A stretch of 39,139 bases of DNA from Candidatus Kerfeldbacteria bacterium (GTDB lineage: Bacteria > Patescibacteriota > Patescibacteriia > UBA9570), in the NCBI GenBank assembly GCA_016207285.1, contig JACQPW010000003.1, forward strand, positions 1 to 39,139, given 5' to 3'. Every line of letters begins with the position of its first letter. Within the stretch, counting starts at the first letter, position 1. Position numbers and translations under genes: made by a program. Positions 17,469 through 25,836 of this stretch are shown here, piece by piece. The notes beneath the pieces are model-generated. The model was given only the letters and a program-made list of their open reading frames with translations. It was not told where the DNA came from and made no database searches.

Positions 17469-18434
17469 ATGAAGTTATTGGTCACCGGTGGAGCTGGCTT
17501 TATTGGCTCAAATTTCATCCACTATTGGTTGAAGCAACACCCAACTGATTCGATTGTTAATCTAGATCTCTTAACCTACGCCGGAAATCTGGCCAACTTG
17601 GCAGCCGTGCAGGATTCTCCAAACTATCATTTTGTCCAAGGGGATGTGTGTGATCCAACGGTGGTGAACCCATTGGTGTATGAGTGTGATGTCGTTGTGC
17701 ATTTTGCGGCCGAGTCCCATGTGGATCGTTCGATTGTTGAACCGGGAATTTTTTTAAAAACCAATGTGTTGGGTACGCAAGTGCTCCTGCAAGCCGCGCT
17801 GGAGTATTCTAAGCGTTTTCACCATATTTCGACGGATGAAGTATTTGGCACACTACCATTACATGCCACGGTCAAGTTTAATGAAGACACGCCATACCAG
17901 CCACGCAGTCCGTATTCTGCTTCCAAAGCGGCCTCTGATCATATTGTGCGGGCGTACCACGAAACGTATGGTTTACCAATAACGATCAGTAATTGCACCA
18001 ACAATTACGGTCCGTGGCACTTCCCAGAAAAATTTATTCCGTTGGCGATTACTAAAGTAATGGCCGGTCAACCGATACCAATCTACGGACAAGGTGTGAA
18101 TGTACGGGATTGGTTGTATGTTGAAGATCACTGTCGGGCGATCGAGCTGATTGTACTGAACGGTAAGATTGGAGAGACGTACTGTGTCGGAGGTAATTCG
18201 GAATTGGACAATTTAGCTTTGGCCAAACTGATTCTGAAACTGATGGGCGCTTCCGAGGAACTGTTGAGTTTTGTAACGGATCGTCCGGGTCATGATTTAC
18301 GTTATGCCATGGATTACGGAAAAATACAGCGTGAGTTAGGCTGGGAACCAACCGTTGATATTACCACTGGCTTACGACGAACCATTGATTGGTTTCAAGC
18401 CCACCGTGATTGGGTAGAGCAATGTCTACATTAG
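17469..18434 (+). CDS. rfbB: dTDP-glucose 4,6-dehydratase
   Basis: ATG at 17469; the ORF-track upstream extension was rejected. Motifs: MKLLVTGGAGFIGSNF, the HFAAESHVDRS, STDEVFG and YSASKAASDH catalytic YxxxK region, and the DRPGHDLRYA tail. Confidence 0.9.
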   Translation: MKLLVTGGAGFIGSNFIHYWLKQHPTDSIVNLDLLTYAGNLANLAAVQDSPNYHFVQGDVCDPTVVNPLVYECDVVVHFAAESHVDRSIVEPGIFLKTNVLGTQVLLQAALEYSKRFHHISTDEVFGTLPLHATVKFNEDTPYQPRSPYSASKAASDHIVRAYHETYGLPITISNCTNNYGPWHFPEKFIPLAITKVMAGQPIPIYGQGVNVRDWLYVEDHCRAIELIVLNGKIGETYCVGGNSELDNLALAKLILKLMGASEELLSFVTDRPGHDLRYAMDYGKIQRELGWEPTVDITTGLRRTIDWFQAHRDWVEQCLH

Positions 18435-19258
18435 TATTATTCGGTGGCAACGGCATGCTCGGGCAGGCCTTACAGCAGGCTTTGTCTGGACACACCCTGC
18501 ATGTACTCACACACCACGAGGTTGATATTACTGATGCAGCCGCAGTTGACCGAGCCCTACAGACCATTCGACCAGACTATCTGATCAATGCCGCGGCCTA
18601 TACTAAGGTAGACGATTGTGAGACACAGCAAGAGTTAGCGCTGCGTAGTAACGGCTTGGCACCCGGCATCTTGGCGGTAGCTGCTAAACAACATGGGTGT
18701 ACACTCATACACTTCAGTACGGATTACATCTTTTCTGGTACCAAACCCGAGGGTTATCAAGAATCAGATAGTCCAGATCAGCCGGTCAATTATTATGGCC
18801 AGACTAAACTAGCTGGGGAGCAGGCCATTAGAGCAGCCGGCTTAAAGGAATATTATATCATTCGAACTGCTTGGTTATATGGTGCACATGGAATTAATTT
18901 TGTAGATACTATGTTGACCTTAGCTAAAACCAAATCGCAACTCCAGGTGGTGAACGATCAGCATGGTAGTCCTACCTACACAGTCGATCTGGCGGTAGCG
19001 ACCAAACAGTTTGTCGAGCAAGCACTGCCTTATGGCATCTACCATCTCACTAATACTGGTGACTGTACGTGGTATGAGTTTGCCACAGAAATTTTCCGAC
19101 AAGCCAAATTGCCTGTTCGCGTGGAACCATGCACCAGTGCCGCCTTCCCGCGACCGGCCAAACGTCCAACCTACTCCATCTTGTTGAACACAAAATTGGC
19201 TCCATTACGTCCTTGGCAAGCGGCGCTGGCTGACTACTTGTCGACGGTGAGCGGGTAA
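18422..19258 (+). CDS. rfbD: dTDP-4-dehydrorhamnose reductase
   Basis: ATG at 18422 (TTG at 18410 is possible). Motifs: VLFGGNGMLGQAL, INAAAYTKVDDCE, STDYIFSG, YGQTKLAGE, RTAWLYG, the RmlD pattern. It overlaps the rfbB stop. Confidence 0.85.
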   Translation: MSTLVLFGGNGMLGQALQQALSGHTLHVLTHHEVDITDAAAVDRALQTIRPDYLINAAAYTKVDDCETQQELALRSNGLAPGILAVAAKQHGCTLIHFSTDYIFSGTKPEGYQESDSPDQPVNYYGQTKLAGEQAIRAAGLKEYYIIRTAWLYGAHGINFVDTMLTLAKTKSQLQVVNDQHGSPTYTVDLAVATKQFVEQALPYGIYHLTNTGDCTWYEFATEIFRQAKLPVRVEPCTSAAFPRPAKRPTYSILLNTKLAPLRPWQAALADYLSTVSG

Positions 19259-20154
19259 AGCAGGGTTTCTGCGGTGGTACTAATCACAATACTATCCAGA
19301 TCGCTATTATACTCCACAGCAGTGATGGTAGCAGCGAGTGTGGCAACGACTTGATCGGAATAGTTGGTTTGGCTGCGACTATCCAGGATATGGAGAGAAT
19401 GAGCATCCGCATAGGCAATATAAGGGGTTTCACTGATCCAGACAGCAGCGATGATTGGTGTACTGACACGGATTAAGGTAGTGAACTGATCAGTGGATAG
19501 ACTGACTAAACTAATACTGAAATCACTGAGCAGAGCAATTTGATCTGGCTGCCCAATGTCAACCAGCTGTCTGGTGTCATTGTCCAGCAGTCGGCTGGTC
19601 ATCACACCACCTAATTGGCTTAAGAGCGTCGCTTGCTGCGTGACGGCATCCAGTACTACCACTTGATTTGTACCCACTATAAATTGATTCTGGTCTGAAT
19701 CTGAACTGAGCTGGGCTAACGCTGCCTGGAACGCAATCGGCAGATCCGCTGGCACAATCGGTTCGGCAGCGGGAGCGAGCCCAGTTGTGGTTGGATGAAT
19801 GGGCACATCAGGCCACAAGCGCAATGGTTCAAAGACGAGCGTGCTGTTCGCTTTAGTGGTGACGCTTAAATTGACTGGTAGGTAGTCAGGGGCCTCAATA
19901 TGGAGGTGATAATCGCCCGGCGCAAGGTGTGTAAAGCTAGCCGTGCCGTCGTTACTACTCAAACCGTTTGGTAACAATAAAATATAACTGCCCTCGTTTG
20001 GTTCAACCGCCAAACGGATGTTGCTGGTGGGCTGTACGGTCCAGGTGAGCCAGTTGATCGAGTAACCAGAGCTGTAGAGTAATATCCATGATAAACCAAC
20101 AACTGATAAGGTTAGTACAACAATAAAGATCAGTTGACGTAGCCGGGTAGACAT
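19234..20154 (-). CDS. Membrane-anchored protein with a PEGA-like beta-sandwich domain
   Basis: ATG at 20154 (MSTRLRQLIFIVVLTLSVVGLSWILLY is a TM anchor). ASFTHLAPGDYHLHIEAPDYLPVNLSV resembles the PEGA motif. The C-terminal ~180 aa look repeat-like or beta-rich. Its 3' end overlaps convergent rfbD by 25 nt. Confidence 0.5.
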   Translation of the reverse strand: MSTRLRQLIFIVVLTLSVVGLSWILLYSSGYSINWLTWTVQPTSNIRLAVEPNEGSYILLLPNGLSSNDGTASFTHLAPGDYHLHIEAPDYLPVNLSVTTKANSTLVFEPLRLWPDVPIHPTTTGLAPAAEPIVPADLPIAFQAALAQLSSDSDQNQFIVGTNQVVVLDAVTQQATLLSQLGGVMTSRLLDNDTRQLVDIGQPDQIALLSDFSISLVSLSTDQFTTLIRVSTPIIAAVWISETPYIAYADAHSLHILDSRSQTNYSDQVVATLAATITAVEYNSDLDSIVISTTAETLLYPLTVDK

Positions 20155-20162
20155 CGTAGACT
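20134..20162 (+). promoter_or_regulatory. Sigma70-type promoter with leaderless geometry for murA
   Basis: TTGACG(20134-20139)-N17-TAGACT(20157-20162)-N8-ATG(20171). It lies inside the 5' end of the divergent PEGA-like gene. Confidence 0.55.
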
Positions 20163-20163
20163 C

Positions 20164-20191
20164 ATTGTACATGGCTAAGTTTATTATACAA
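20164..20191 (-). promoter_or_regulatory. Sigma70-type promoter with leaderless geometry for the PEGA-like gene
   Basis: On the minus strand: TTGTAT(20191-20186)-N16-TACAAT(20169-20164)-N9-ATG(20154). The -35 lies inside the murA coding sequence. Confidence 0.45.
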
Positions 20192-21436
20192 GGTAAGGGA
20201 CGTATCCACGGTAGTATTCGTGTAGCTGGTGCCAAAAATCACGCCCTCAAATTATTTGCGGCTGCCTTGTTAACGAAGCAACCAGTGCGTTTGACCAATG
20301 TGCCAGAAATTGAGGATGTTTTTAGGTTGGGTGAGATTCTAGAAGCGATTGGTGTCTCTGTCCAACACAAACGTAAAGGTGAGTATCATTTGACTGCGCG
20401 CCAGCTGACCACCACCACACTGCCAAAAAAATTAGTACCGAAGTTACGGGCTTCCATTTTACTCAGTGGTCCAGTACTGGCTCGGTATGGTCAAGTTACC
20501 TTTCCGCATCCAGGCGGTTGCTGGTTTGGAAAGCGGCCAATCAATCTATTCATTGATGCCTTTACAGCGATGGGTGCTACCTGTACGTATCAGCAAGGCA
20601 TTTACCATTGTGTAGCCCCAAAAGGAGGCTTGCGCGGGACACATTATATTTTTCCGATCATCAGTGTAACCGGTACAGAGACTTTAATGTTAGCAGCTGT
20701 CCTGGCTCGTGGTACGACCACGATCGAGAATGCTGCCCGTGAACCGGAGGTGGCGGCGTTAGCTGAATTTTTAAATAGTTGTGGGGCACATATCCGTGGT
20801 GTTGGCACCAGTACATTGATGATACGAGGAGTCAAACAATTACACGGTGGTAGTAGTACTGTGATTCCTGATCGTATTGAAACGTTATCCTTTATTTTTT
20901 TAGCTCTAGCCGCCAAACAAAAGTTAACGATTACACATTGTCAGCCAAACCATATTGCTGTACCACTACAATTATTGCGTGATAGTGGGGCGCTGTTTAC
21001 GCTTACCAATCAGACGATTACTGTGCATCCGTGGAAGAAACTAAAACCATTGCAGGTAGTTACGCGTGAATATCCTGGCTTTCCAACAGATGGTCAATCA
21101 CCATTAACGGTACTGCTGACGCAAATTCCTGGACAAAGTGAAGTCATGGAGACGATCTACTCGGATCGATTGTTTTATACCGATATGCTGAACCGCATGG
21201 GAGCACATATTACTATGCATACATCGCAACACATCATGATTAAGGGAGGCACTAAATTGCGTGCAAAAATTGTGGATAGTCCGGACTTACGAGCGGGGAT
21301 CGCAATGGTCATTGCTGGCATCATTGCGCATGGTCGAACTGAAATTGGCAACATTTATCAGATCGATCGTGGTTATGAAGCGATTGACCAACGGTTGCGT
21401 GCAATTGGCGTCCGCATTGAACGCCAGGACGATTGA
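20171..21436 (+). CDS. murA: UDP-N-acetylglucosamine 1-carboxyvinyltransferase
   Basis: Motifs: AKFIIQGKGRIHGSIRVAGAKNHALK and the active-site loop HPGGCWFGKRPINLF with the catalytic Cys retained. The EPSP-synthase-fold pattern runs throughout. ATG at 20171. Confidence 0.9.
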   Translation: MAKFIIQGKGRIHGSIRVAGAKNHALKLFAAALLTKQPVRLTNVPEIEDVFRLGEILEAIGVSVQHKRKGEYHLTARQLTTTTLPKKLVPKLRASILLSGPVLARYGQVTFPHPGGCWFGKRPINLFIDAFTAMGATCTYQQGIYHCVAPKGGLRGTHYIFPIISVTGTETLMLAAVLARGTTTIENAAREPEVAALAEFLNSCGAHIRGVGTSTLMIRGVKQLHGGSSTVIPDRIETLSFIFLALAAKQKLTITHCQPNHIAVPLQLLRDSGALFTLTNQTITVHPWKKLKPLQVVTREYPGFPTDGQSPLTVLLTQIPGQSEVMETIYSDRLFYTDMLNRMGAHITMHTSQHIMIKGGTKLRAKIVDSPDLRAGIAMVIAGIIAHGRTEIGNIYQIDRGYEAIDQRLRAIGVRIERQDD

Positions 21437-21461
21437 CCGAGTTCGTCGTAATTGCTAAACT
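21433..21461 (+). promoter_or_regulatory. Sigma70-type promoter with leaderless geometry for the S41 protease gene
   Basis: TTGACC(21433-21438, overlapping the murA TGA stop)-N17-TAAACT(21456-21461)-N8-ATG(21470). Confidence 0.55.
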
Positions 21462-21469
21462 ACTGCGGT

Positions 21470-22663
21470 ATGTCTGTGCACCGTTCGGGAAAATTCTTTG
21501 TTTGGGGATTAGTATTGGTAACCATCACAACGGTTGGGTTTACGGTTGGGTATGGCACTGGAATTTTGCAGAGCAAGCAACAACAAGCTAAAATCGTTTA
21601 TACAGAACCGTTGCAATCCGCTTTATTTTGGGAAGTATGGGATAAGGTGCAAACTGGTTATATCAGCCAACCCGTGGCGGATGAAGCTTTATTTTATGGT
21701 GCCATTCATGGTTTAGCACAGGCGGTAGATGATCCCTACACAGTTTTTTTTGATCCAAAGGAAACCGAGGCCTTTAGCGCTTCACTGAATGGATCATTTG
21801 AGGGGATTGGTGCAGAAATTGGAGAAAAAGACGGGCAGATTGTGGTGATTGCTCCACTGCTCGATTCACCCGCGGCGGTGGCAGGGTTACAGCCCAATGA
21901 TGCTATTATCAGCATTGATGGTTTTGATACGTACGGGTTATCTGTGGATGAGGCAGTTGAAAAAATTCGTGGTCCAAAAGGCAGTGTCGTGACGTTGACG
22001 ATTTACCGTGCCGGGGCTAGTGATTTAATGGATGTTGAGATTACTCGGAATACGATCGAGATTCCCAGTGCCGAATATAGCACCCAAGTGGTCGCTGGTA
22101 AGACCATTGCCACCATTACATTAAGTACGATTGACGAAACTTCGGCTGATGATATGCGGGCATTGGTGAATCAAGTCTTATTAGATCAACCAGCGGGCTT
22201 GATCCTAGACATGCGTAATAATCCGGGTGGTGTTTTACAGGGAGCGATTGATATTAGTTCTTTATTTCTGGCTAGTGGTGTGGTGGTGTCCGAAGAGTAT
22301 GGTGACGGCAAAGTACAATCTTACCAGGTATCGGTCGACGCTATTCTACCGGAGCAACCCAAATTAGTGGTACTGCTTAATGCCGGCAGTGCCTCCGCCG
22401 CTGAGATTATTGCTGGGGCATTACAAGATCATCAACGTGCCTACATTATTGGTCAGACCAGTTTTGGTAAAGGTTCAGTGCAAAACTATGAGTCATTTAC
22501 TGACGGCTCCAGCTTAAAAATGACGGTAGCGCATTGGTTAACGCCAAACCAACGGGCAATTAATGGTATTGGGATTACGCCAGATTTAATAGTGGAGTCT
22601 GTGGATGACGAGGCGGCGGTAGATGAACAGCTCCAAGCGGCCATAGAATATTTAATGCAATAG
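21470..22663 (+). CDS. S41-family C-terminal processing peptidase with PDZ domain
   Basis: ATG at 21470, with an N-terminal TM anchor. The PDZ region is SPAAVAGLQPNDAIISIDG. DMRNNPGG, GSASAAEI (Ser nucleophile) and FGKGSVQ (Lys) are present. Confidence 0.85.
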   Translation: MSVHRSGKFFVWGLVLVTITTVGFTVGYGTGILQSKQQQAKIVYTEPLQSALFWEVWDKVQTGYISQPVADEALFYGAIHGLAQAVDDPYTVFFDPKETEAFSASLNGSFEGIGAEIGEKDGQIVVIAPLLDSPAAVAGLQPNDAIISIDGFDTYGLSVDEAVEKIRGPKGSVVTLTIYRAGASDLMDVEITRNTIEIPSAEYSTQVVAGKTIATITLSTIDETSADDMRALVNQVLLDQPAGLILDMRNNPGGVLQGAIDISSLFLASGVVVSEEYGDGKVQSYQVSVDAILPEQPKLVVLLNAGSASAAEIIAGALQDHQRAYIIGQTSFGKGSVQNYESFTDGSSLKMTVAHWLTPNQRAINGIGITPDLIVESVDDEAAVDEQLQAAIEYLMQ

Positions 22664-22672
22664 TGCTATACT
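22664..22672 (+). promoter_or_regulatory. Extended -10 promoter with leaderless geometry for rplI-pyrG
   Basis: TGcTATACT(22664-22672)-N7-ATG(22680). There is no recognisable -35, which is consistent with the extended -10 class. Confidence 0.45.
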
Positions 22673-22679
22673 TTTTCGT

Positions 22680-23099
22680 ATGCAAGTGATTATGATGGCC
22701 ACCGGACAACTTAAAACCGTACCAGACGGATATGCTCGTAATTACCTATTGCCAAACAAATTAGCGACTGCCGCCACGGCCGAAAATGTCACTCAAGCCG
22801 AATCCAAACAGGCACAAACTCAGGCTGATCTAGCCACTCAAACCAAGCGCTACGCTCAGCTGATGGATCACATAGCACAGACCACCGTACAGGTATCCGC
22901 CAAGGCCAATGATCAGGGGAAACTGTTTGCCACCGTCCATCAAGATGCTGTGTTAGCTGCCTTGAGCAAAGAGCAGATCGTATTGCCGGCGACAGCCTTG
23001 ACGTTACCAACCATCAAGCAACTTGGTGAGCATAGTGCCACGGTGCAACTCCCTGGCCAGACAGCAGTAAATTTGAAGATTAACGTGGTCGCAGCATAG
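22680..23099 (+). CDS. rplI: 50S ribosomal protein L9
   Basis: The N-terminal DGYARNYLLPNKLA motif, a long helical linker and a C-terminal domain are present. 139 aa. Confidence 0.85.
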   Translation: MQVIMMATGQLKTVPDGYARNYLLPNKLATAATAENVTQAESKQAQTQADLATQTKRYAQLMDHIAQTTVQVSAKANDQGKLFATVHQDAVLAALSKEQIVLPATALTLPTIKQLGEHSATVQLPGQTAVNLKINVVAA

Positions 23100-23102
23100 G
23101 TT

Positions 23103-24743
23103 ATGGCTAAACGCATCCATCCAAAGTATATTTTTGTAGTAGGCGGAGTCATGTCCAGTGTGGGTAAAGGAGTTACCGCCGCTAGTATTGGTCGGATTTT
23201 GCAATCCAAGGGTTTACGCGTGACGGCGGTTAAAGCGGATCCTTATATTAATGTGGATGCTGGGACAATGAATCCAACTGAACACGGTGAGGTGTTTGTC
23301 ACGGAAGATCGCGATGAAACGGATCAAGACATTGGTAATTATGAGCGTTTTTTAAACGCCAATATTTACTCTGTTAATTACATGACGACTGGACGAGTCT
23401 ACGACACGGTGATTCGTAAAGAACGCAATCTGGAGTATAAAGGTGCCTGCGTGGAAGTAGTGCCTCATATTCCCGAGGAGATTATTAGTCGGATCCAAGC
23501 AGCCCAACGAGAATCTAAAGCCGATGTCACCATCATTGAGGTTGGGGGTACGGTTGGGGAATATCAAAATATCTTGTTTTTGGAAGCCGCTCGGATGATG
23601 CGCACGCGCTATCCAGACGATGTCTGCTTTATGTTAGTGAGCTATCTACCGATTCCAGAGCGAGTGGGTGAAATGAAAACTAAACCAACTCAATCGGCGG
23701 CGCGCACACTGAACGCCGCTGGTATTCAAACGGACTTTATTATTGCACGGGCAGCCCATGCCTTAGATCGTAAACGACAAGAAAAATTGGCCATTTTTTG
23801 CGGTATTCCTACGGATCATGCTATTTCAGCCCCAGATATTGATATGATTTATAAGCTGCCACAAGTGCTAGAAAAACAGCAGCTCGGTGACAAGCTACTG
23901 AAGCAGTTAAAATTAAAACCCCGTCGTACGCAGATGCAGAATTGGAATACGATGGTTGCGCGCGCTGTGCATTCTACCCGTGAGTTACGTATAGCAGTAG
24001 TGGGTAAGTATTTTGGTACCGGTGATTACACCTTATCTGATTCCTATATTTCAGTGATTGAAGCCCTCAAGCACGCGGCTTGGGCTCAGCATCGCAAACC
24101 CGTTCTGACCTGGATTGATTCAGAGGCGTACGAAAAACATCCGTCCAAAGCGGTGGAACTCAAACGGTATGATGGGGTAATCGTCCCAGGTGGCTTTGGT
24201 ACGCGCGGTGTGGAGGGGATTATCAAGGCTATTCAATACGTCCGTAAACAAAAGATCCCTTATCTGGGTTTATGTTACGGTATGCAGTTAGCCATGATTG
24301 AAATTGCTCGTCACGAAGCTGGGTTGAAGCAAGCCAATACCGTTGAGATGGCACCCTACGCTAAACATCCTATTATCCACATCAATCCAAAACAATCAGA
24401 AAATATCAAGTTGAATCGGTACGGTGGCACGATGCGGCTAGGTGCGTTTCGCTGCAAACTAAAACCAGGGACCAAAGCTTACCAAGCGTATGGTCGAAAC
24501 GAGATTTCTGAACGCCACCGCCATCGTTATGAGTTCAATAACAATTATAGGGTGGCCTTAGAGAAAGCCGGCGTGGTTTTTTCTGGTATGAACCCAGACC
24601 AGGATCTAGTGGAGATTGCTGAATATAAACCCCATCCTTGGTTTGTCGGTACACAATTCCATCCTGAATTTAAGTCACGCCCCTTAGAACCACATCCGCT
24701 GTATTTGGCTTTTGTGAAGGCCTGTATTAAGGCAAGTAAATAA
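23103..24743 (+). CDS. pyrG: CTP synthase
   Basis: Motifs: KYIFVVGGVMSSVGKG, DPYINVDAGTMNP.EHGEVFVT.D, and the glutaminase domain GLCYGMQ with HRHRYEFN. 546 aa. Confidence 0.95.
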   Translation: MAKRIHPKYIFVVGGVMSSVGKGVTAASIGRILQSKGLRVTAVKADPYINVDAGTMNPTEHGEVFVTEDRDETDQDIGNYERFLNANIYSVNYMTTGRVYDTVIRKERNLEYKGACVEVVPHIPEEIISRIQAAQRESKADVTIIEVGGTVGEYQNILFLEAARMMRTRYPDDVCFMLVSYLPIPERVGEMKTKPTQSAARTLNAAGIQTDFIIARAAHALDRKRQEKLAIFCGIPTDHAISAPDIDMIYKLPQVLEKQQLGDKLLKQLKLKPRRTQMQNWNTMVARAVHSTRELRIAVVGKYFGTGDYTLSDSYISVIEALKHAAWAQHRKPVLTWIDSEAYEKHPSKAVELKRYDGVIVPGGFGTRGVEGIIKAIQYVRKQKIPYLGLCYGMQLAMIEIARHEAGLKQANTVEMAPYAKHPIIHINPKQSENIKLNRYGGTMRLGAFRCKLKPGTKAYQAYGRNEISERHRHRYEFNNNYRVALEKAGVVFSGMNPDQDLVEIAEYKPHPWFVGTQFHPEFKSRPLEPHPLYLAFVKACIKASK

Positions 24744-24753
24744 AGCACACAAC

Positions 24754-24785
24754 AAATAACCCCGCATTGATATGCGGGGTTATTT
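24754..24785. terminator. Bidirectional intrinsic terminator between convergent pyrG and rpmA
   Basis: A perfect 14-bp inverted repeat, AAATAACCCCGCAT / ATGCGGGGTTATTT, has a 4-nt loop (TGAT). The core is GC-rich and the distal arms are A/T-rich, which supplies U-tracts on both strands. Confidence 0.7.
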
Positions 24786-24795
24786 AATCATCGGT

Positions 24796-25068
24796 TCAAG
24801 TGACGTGGACGTACTGTCGACGAACAAATTGACCAGTGAAGTTCTTGACTTTACGAATGTTGAATGCAACTACTCCAGCTTTAGCCGCGTACAAGGTATC
24901 ATCTTCACCCCGCCGAACATTTTTACCAGGATGGTATTTGGTGCCACGTTGACGGACGATCACCTCGCCTGGCTTGGCGATTTGTCCACCGTAAATCTTG
25001 ACACCGAGACGTTTGGATACGGAATCTCGGCCTAAACTAGTTGATCCACCTGCTTTTGTGTGTGCCAT
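24796..25068 (-). CDS. rpmA: 50S ribosomal protein L27
   Basis: [42 protein letters not shown] is the canonical L27 sequence. ATG at 25068. Confidence 0.95.
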   Translation of the reverse strand: MAHTKAGGSTSLGRDSVSKRLGVKIYGGQIAKPGEVIVRQRGTKYHPGKNVRRGEDDTLYAAKAGVVAFNIRKVKNFTGQFVRRQYVHVT

Positions 25069-25076
25069 ACCGAACG

Positions 25077-25105
25077 AGTCTAGCAAAGCTTGCTTTTTTT
25101 GTCAA
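25077..25105 (-). promoter_or_regulatory. Sigma70-type promoter with leaderless geometry for rpmA
   Basis: On the minus strand: TTGACA(25105-25100)-N17-TAGACT(25082-25077)-N8-ATG(25068). Confidence 0.6.
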
Positions 25106-25118
25106 AACCCCTTATCCT
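25090..25118 (+). promoter_or_regulatory. Sigma70-type promoter with leaderless geometry for the DUF4013-to-tatD gene string
   Basis: TTGCTT(25090-25095)-N17-TATCCT(25113-25118)-N7-ATG(25126). It overlaps the divergent rpmA promoter. Confidence 0.4.
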
Positions 25119-25125
25119 TAGGGGC

Positions 25126-25833
25126 ATGACCTTAAGCAGTGAGCAGTTTAACGAGATTATTAAGTATCCCTTTTCCGGTAAGGATTGGTTTATCCGGATT
25201 TCTCTCCAAGGCGCTTTATTGGCACTGCTCTGTCCTTTTTTGATTGGTATACCCTTTTTGGCGGGTTTTGTGATTACACACACCCGGCGTGGCATTGATG
25301 GTTCCCTGGACTATCCCAGTTGGAATGATTGGGGCTTATACTGGTCTCGGGGTTGGCGGGCACTAGCGGTTAACGTAGTGTATTATCTACCCATCTTAGC
25401 GCTGTTTGTGACGTACATGGTGGTGGCTGTGATTCCATTAGTGGTGGGAGCAGTGACTGAATCGGACGCTTTGATGGCGGTTGGTTCAATTTTAGCCATG
25501 CTTGGTAGCGTAGTGTTATATGCTTGTATGTTTGTCTATGCAATCTTTTATTCTTTAGTGCAAATGGCCACCGCACCCTTAGTGGCTCTCGATTTACCCA
25601 TTGCCGCATCATTTCAGCTCAAACACTATGTCTGGCCCTACATGAAAGCCAATATTGTGAATATGATTTTAGCCTTTTTGATTACCTACTTGTGTGCCTT
25701 GGTAGCGAACATTGGTTTGCTGTTGCTGTTCATCGGAATCTTTTTCACCTTCCCCATTGCAGTGGCAATGATGGCTTATGCGAATGGCCTGATCTACCGC
25801 ATCTCAACCGTAAAATATCCTGCCAGTCATTAA
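25126..25833 (+). CDS. DUF4013-like integral membrane protein
   Basis: ATG at 25126. YPFSGKDWFIRISLQGALLAL...YPSWNDWGLYWSRGWRA followed by several TM helices matches my recollection of the DUF4013 pattern. Confidence 0.55.
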   Translation: MTLSSEQFNEIIKYPFSGKDWFIRISLQGALLALLCPFLIGIPFLAGFVITHTRRGIDGSLDYPSWNDWGLYWSRGWRALAVNVVYYLPILALFVTYMVVAVIPLVVGAVTESDALMAVGSILAMLGSVVLYACMFVYAIFYSLVQMATAPLVALDLPIAASFQLKHYVWPYMKANIVNMILAFLITYLCALVANIGLLLLFIGIFFTFPIAVAMMAYANGLIYRISTVKYPASH

Positions 25834-25836
25834 CGT

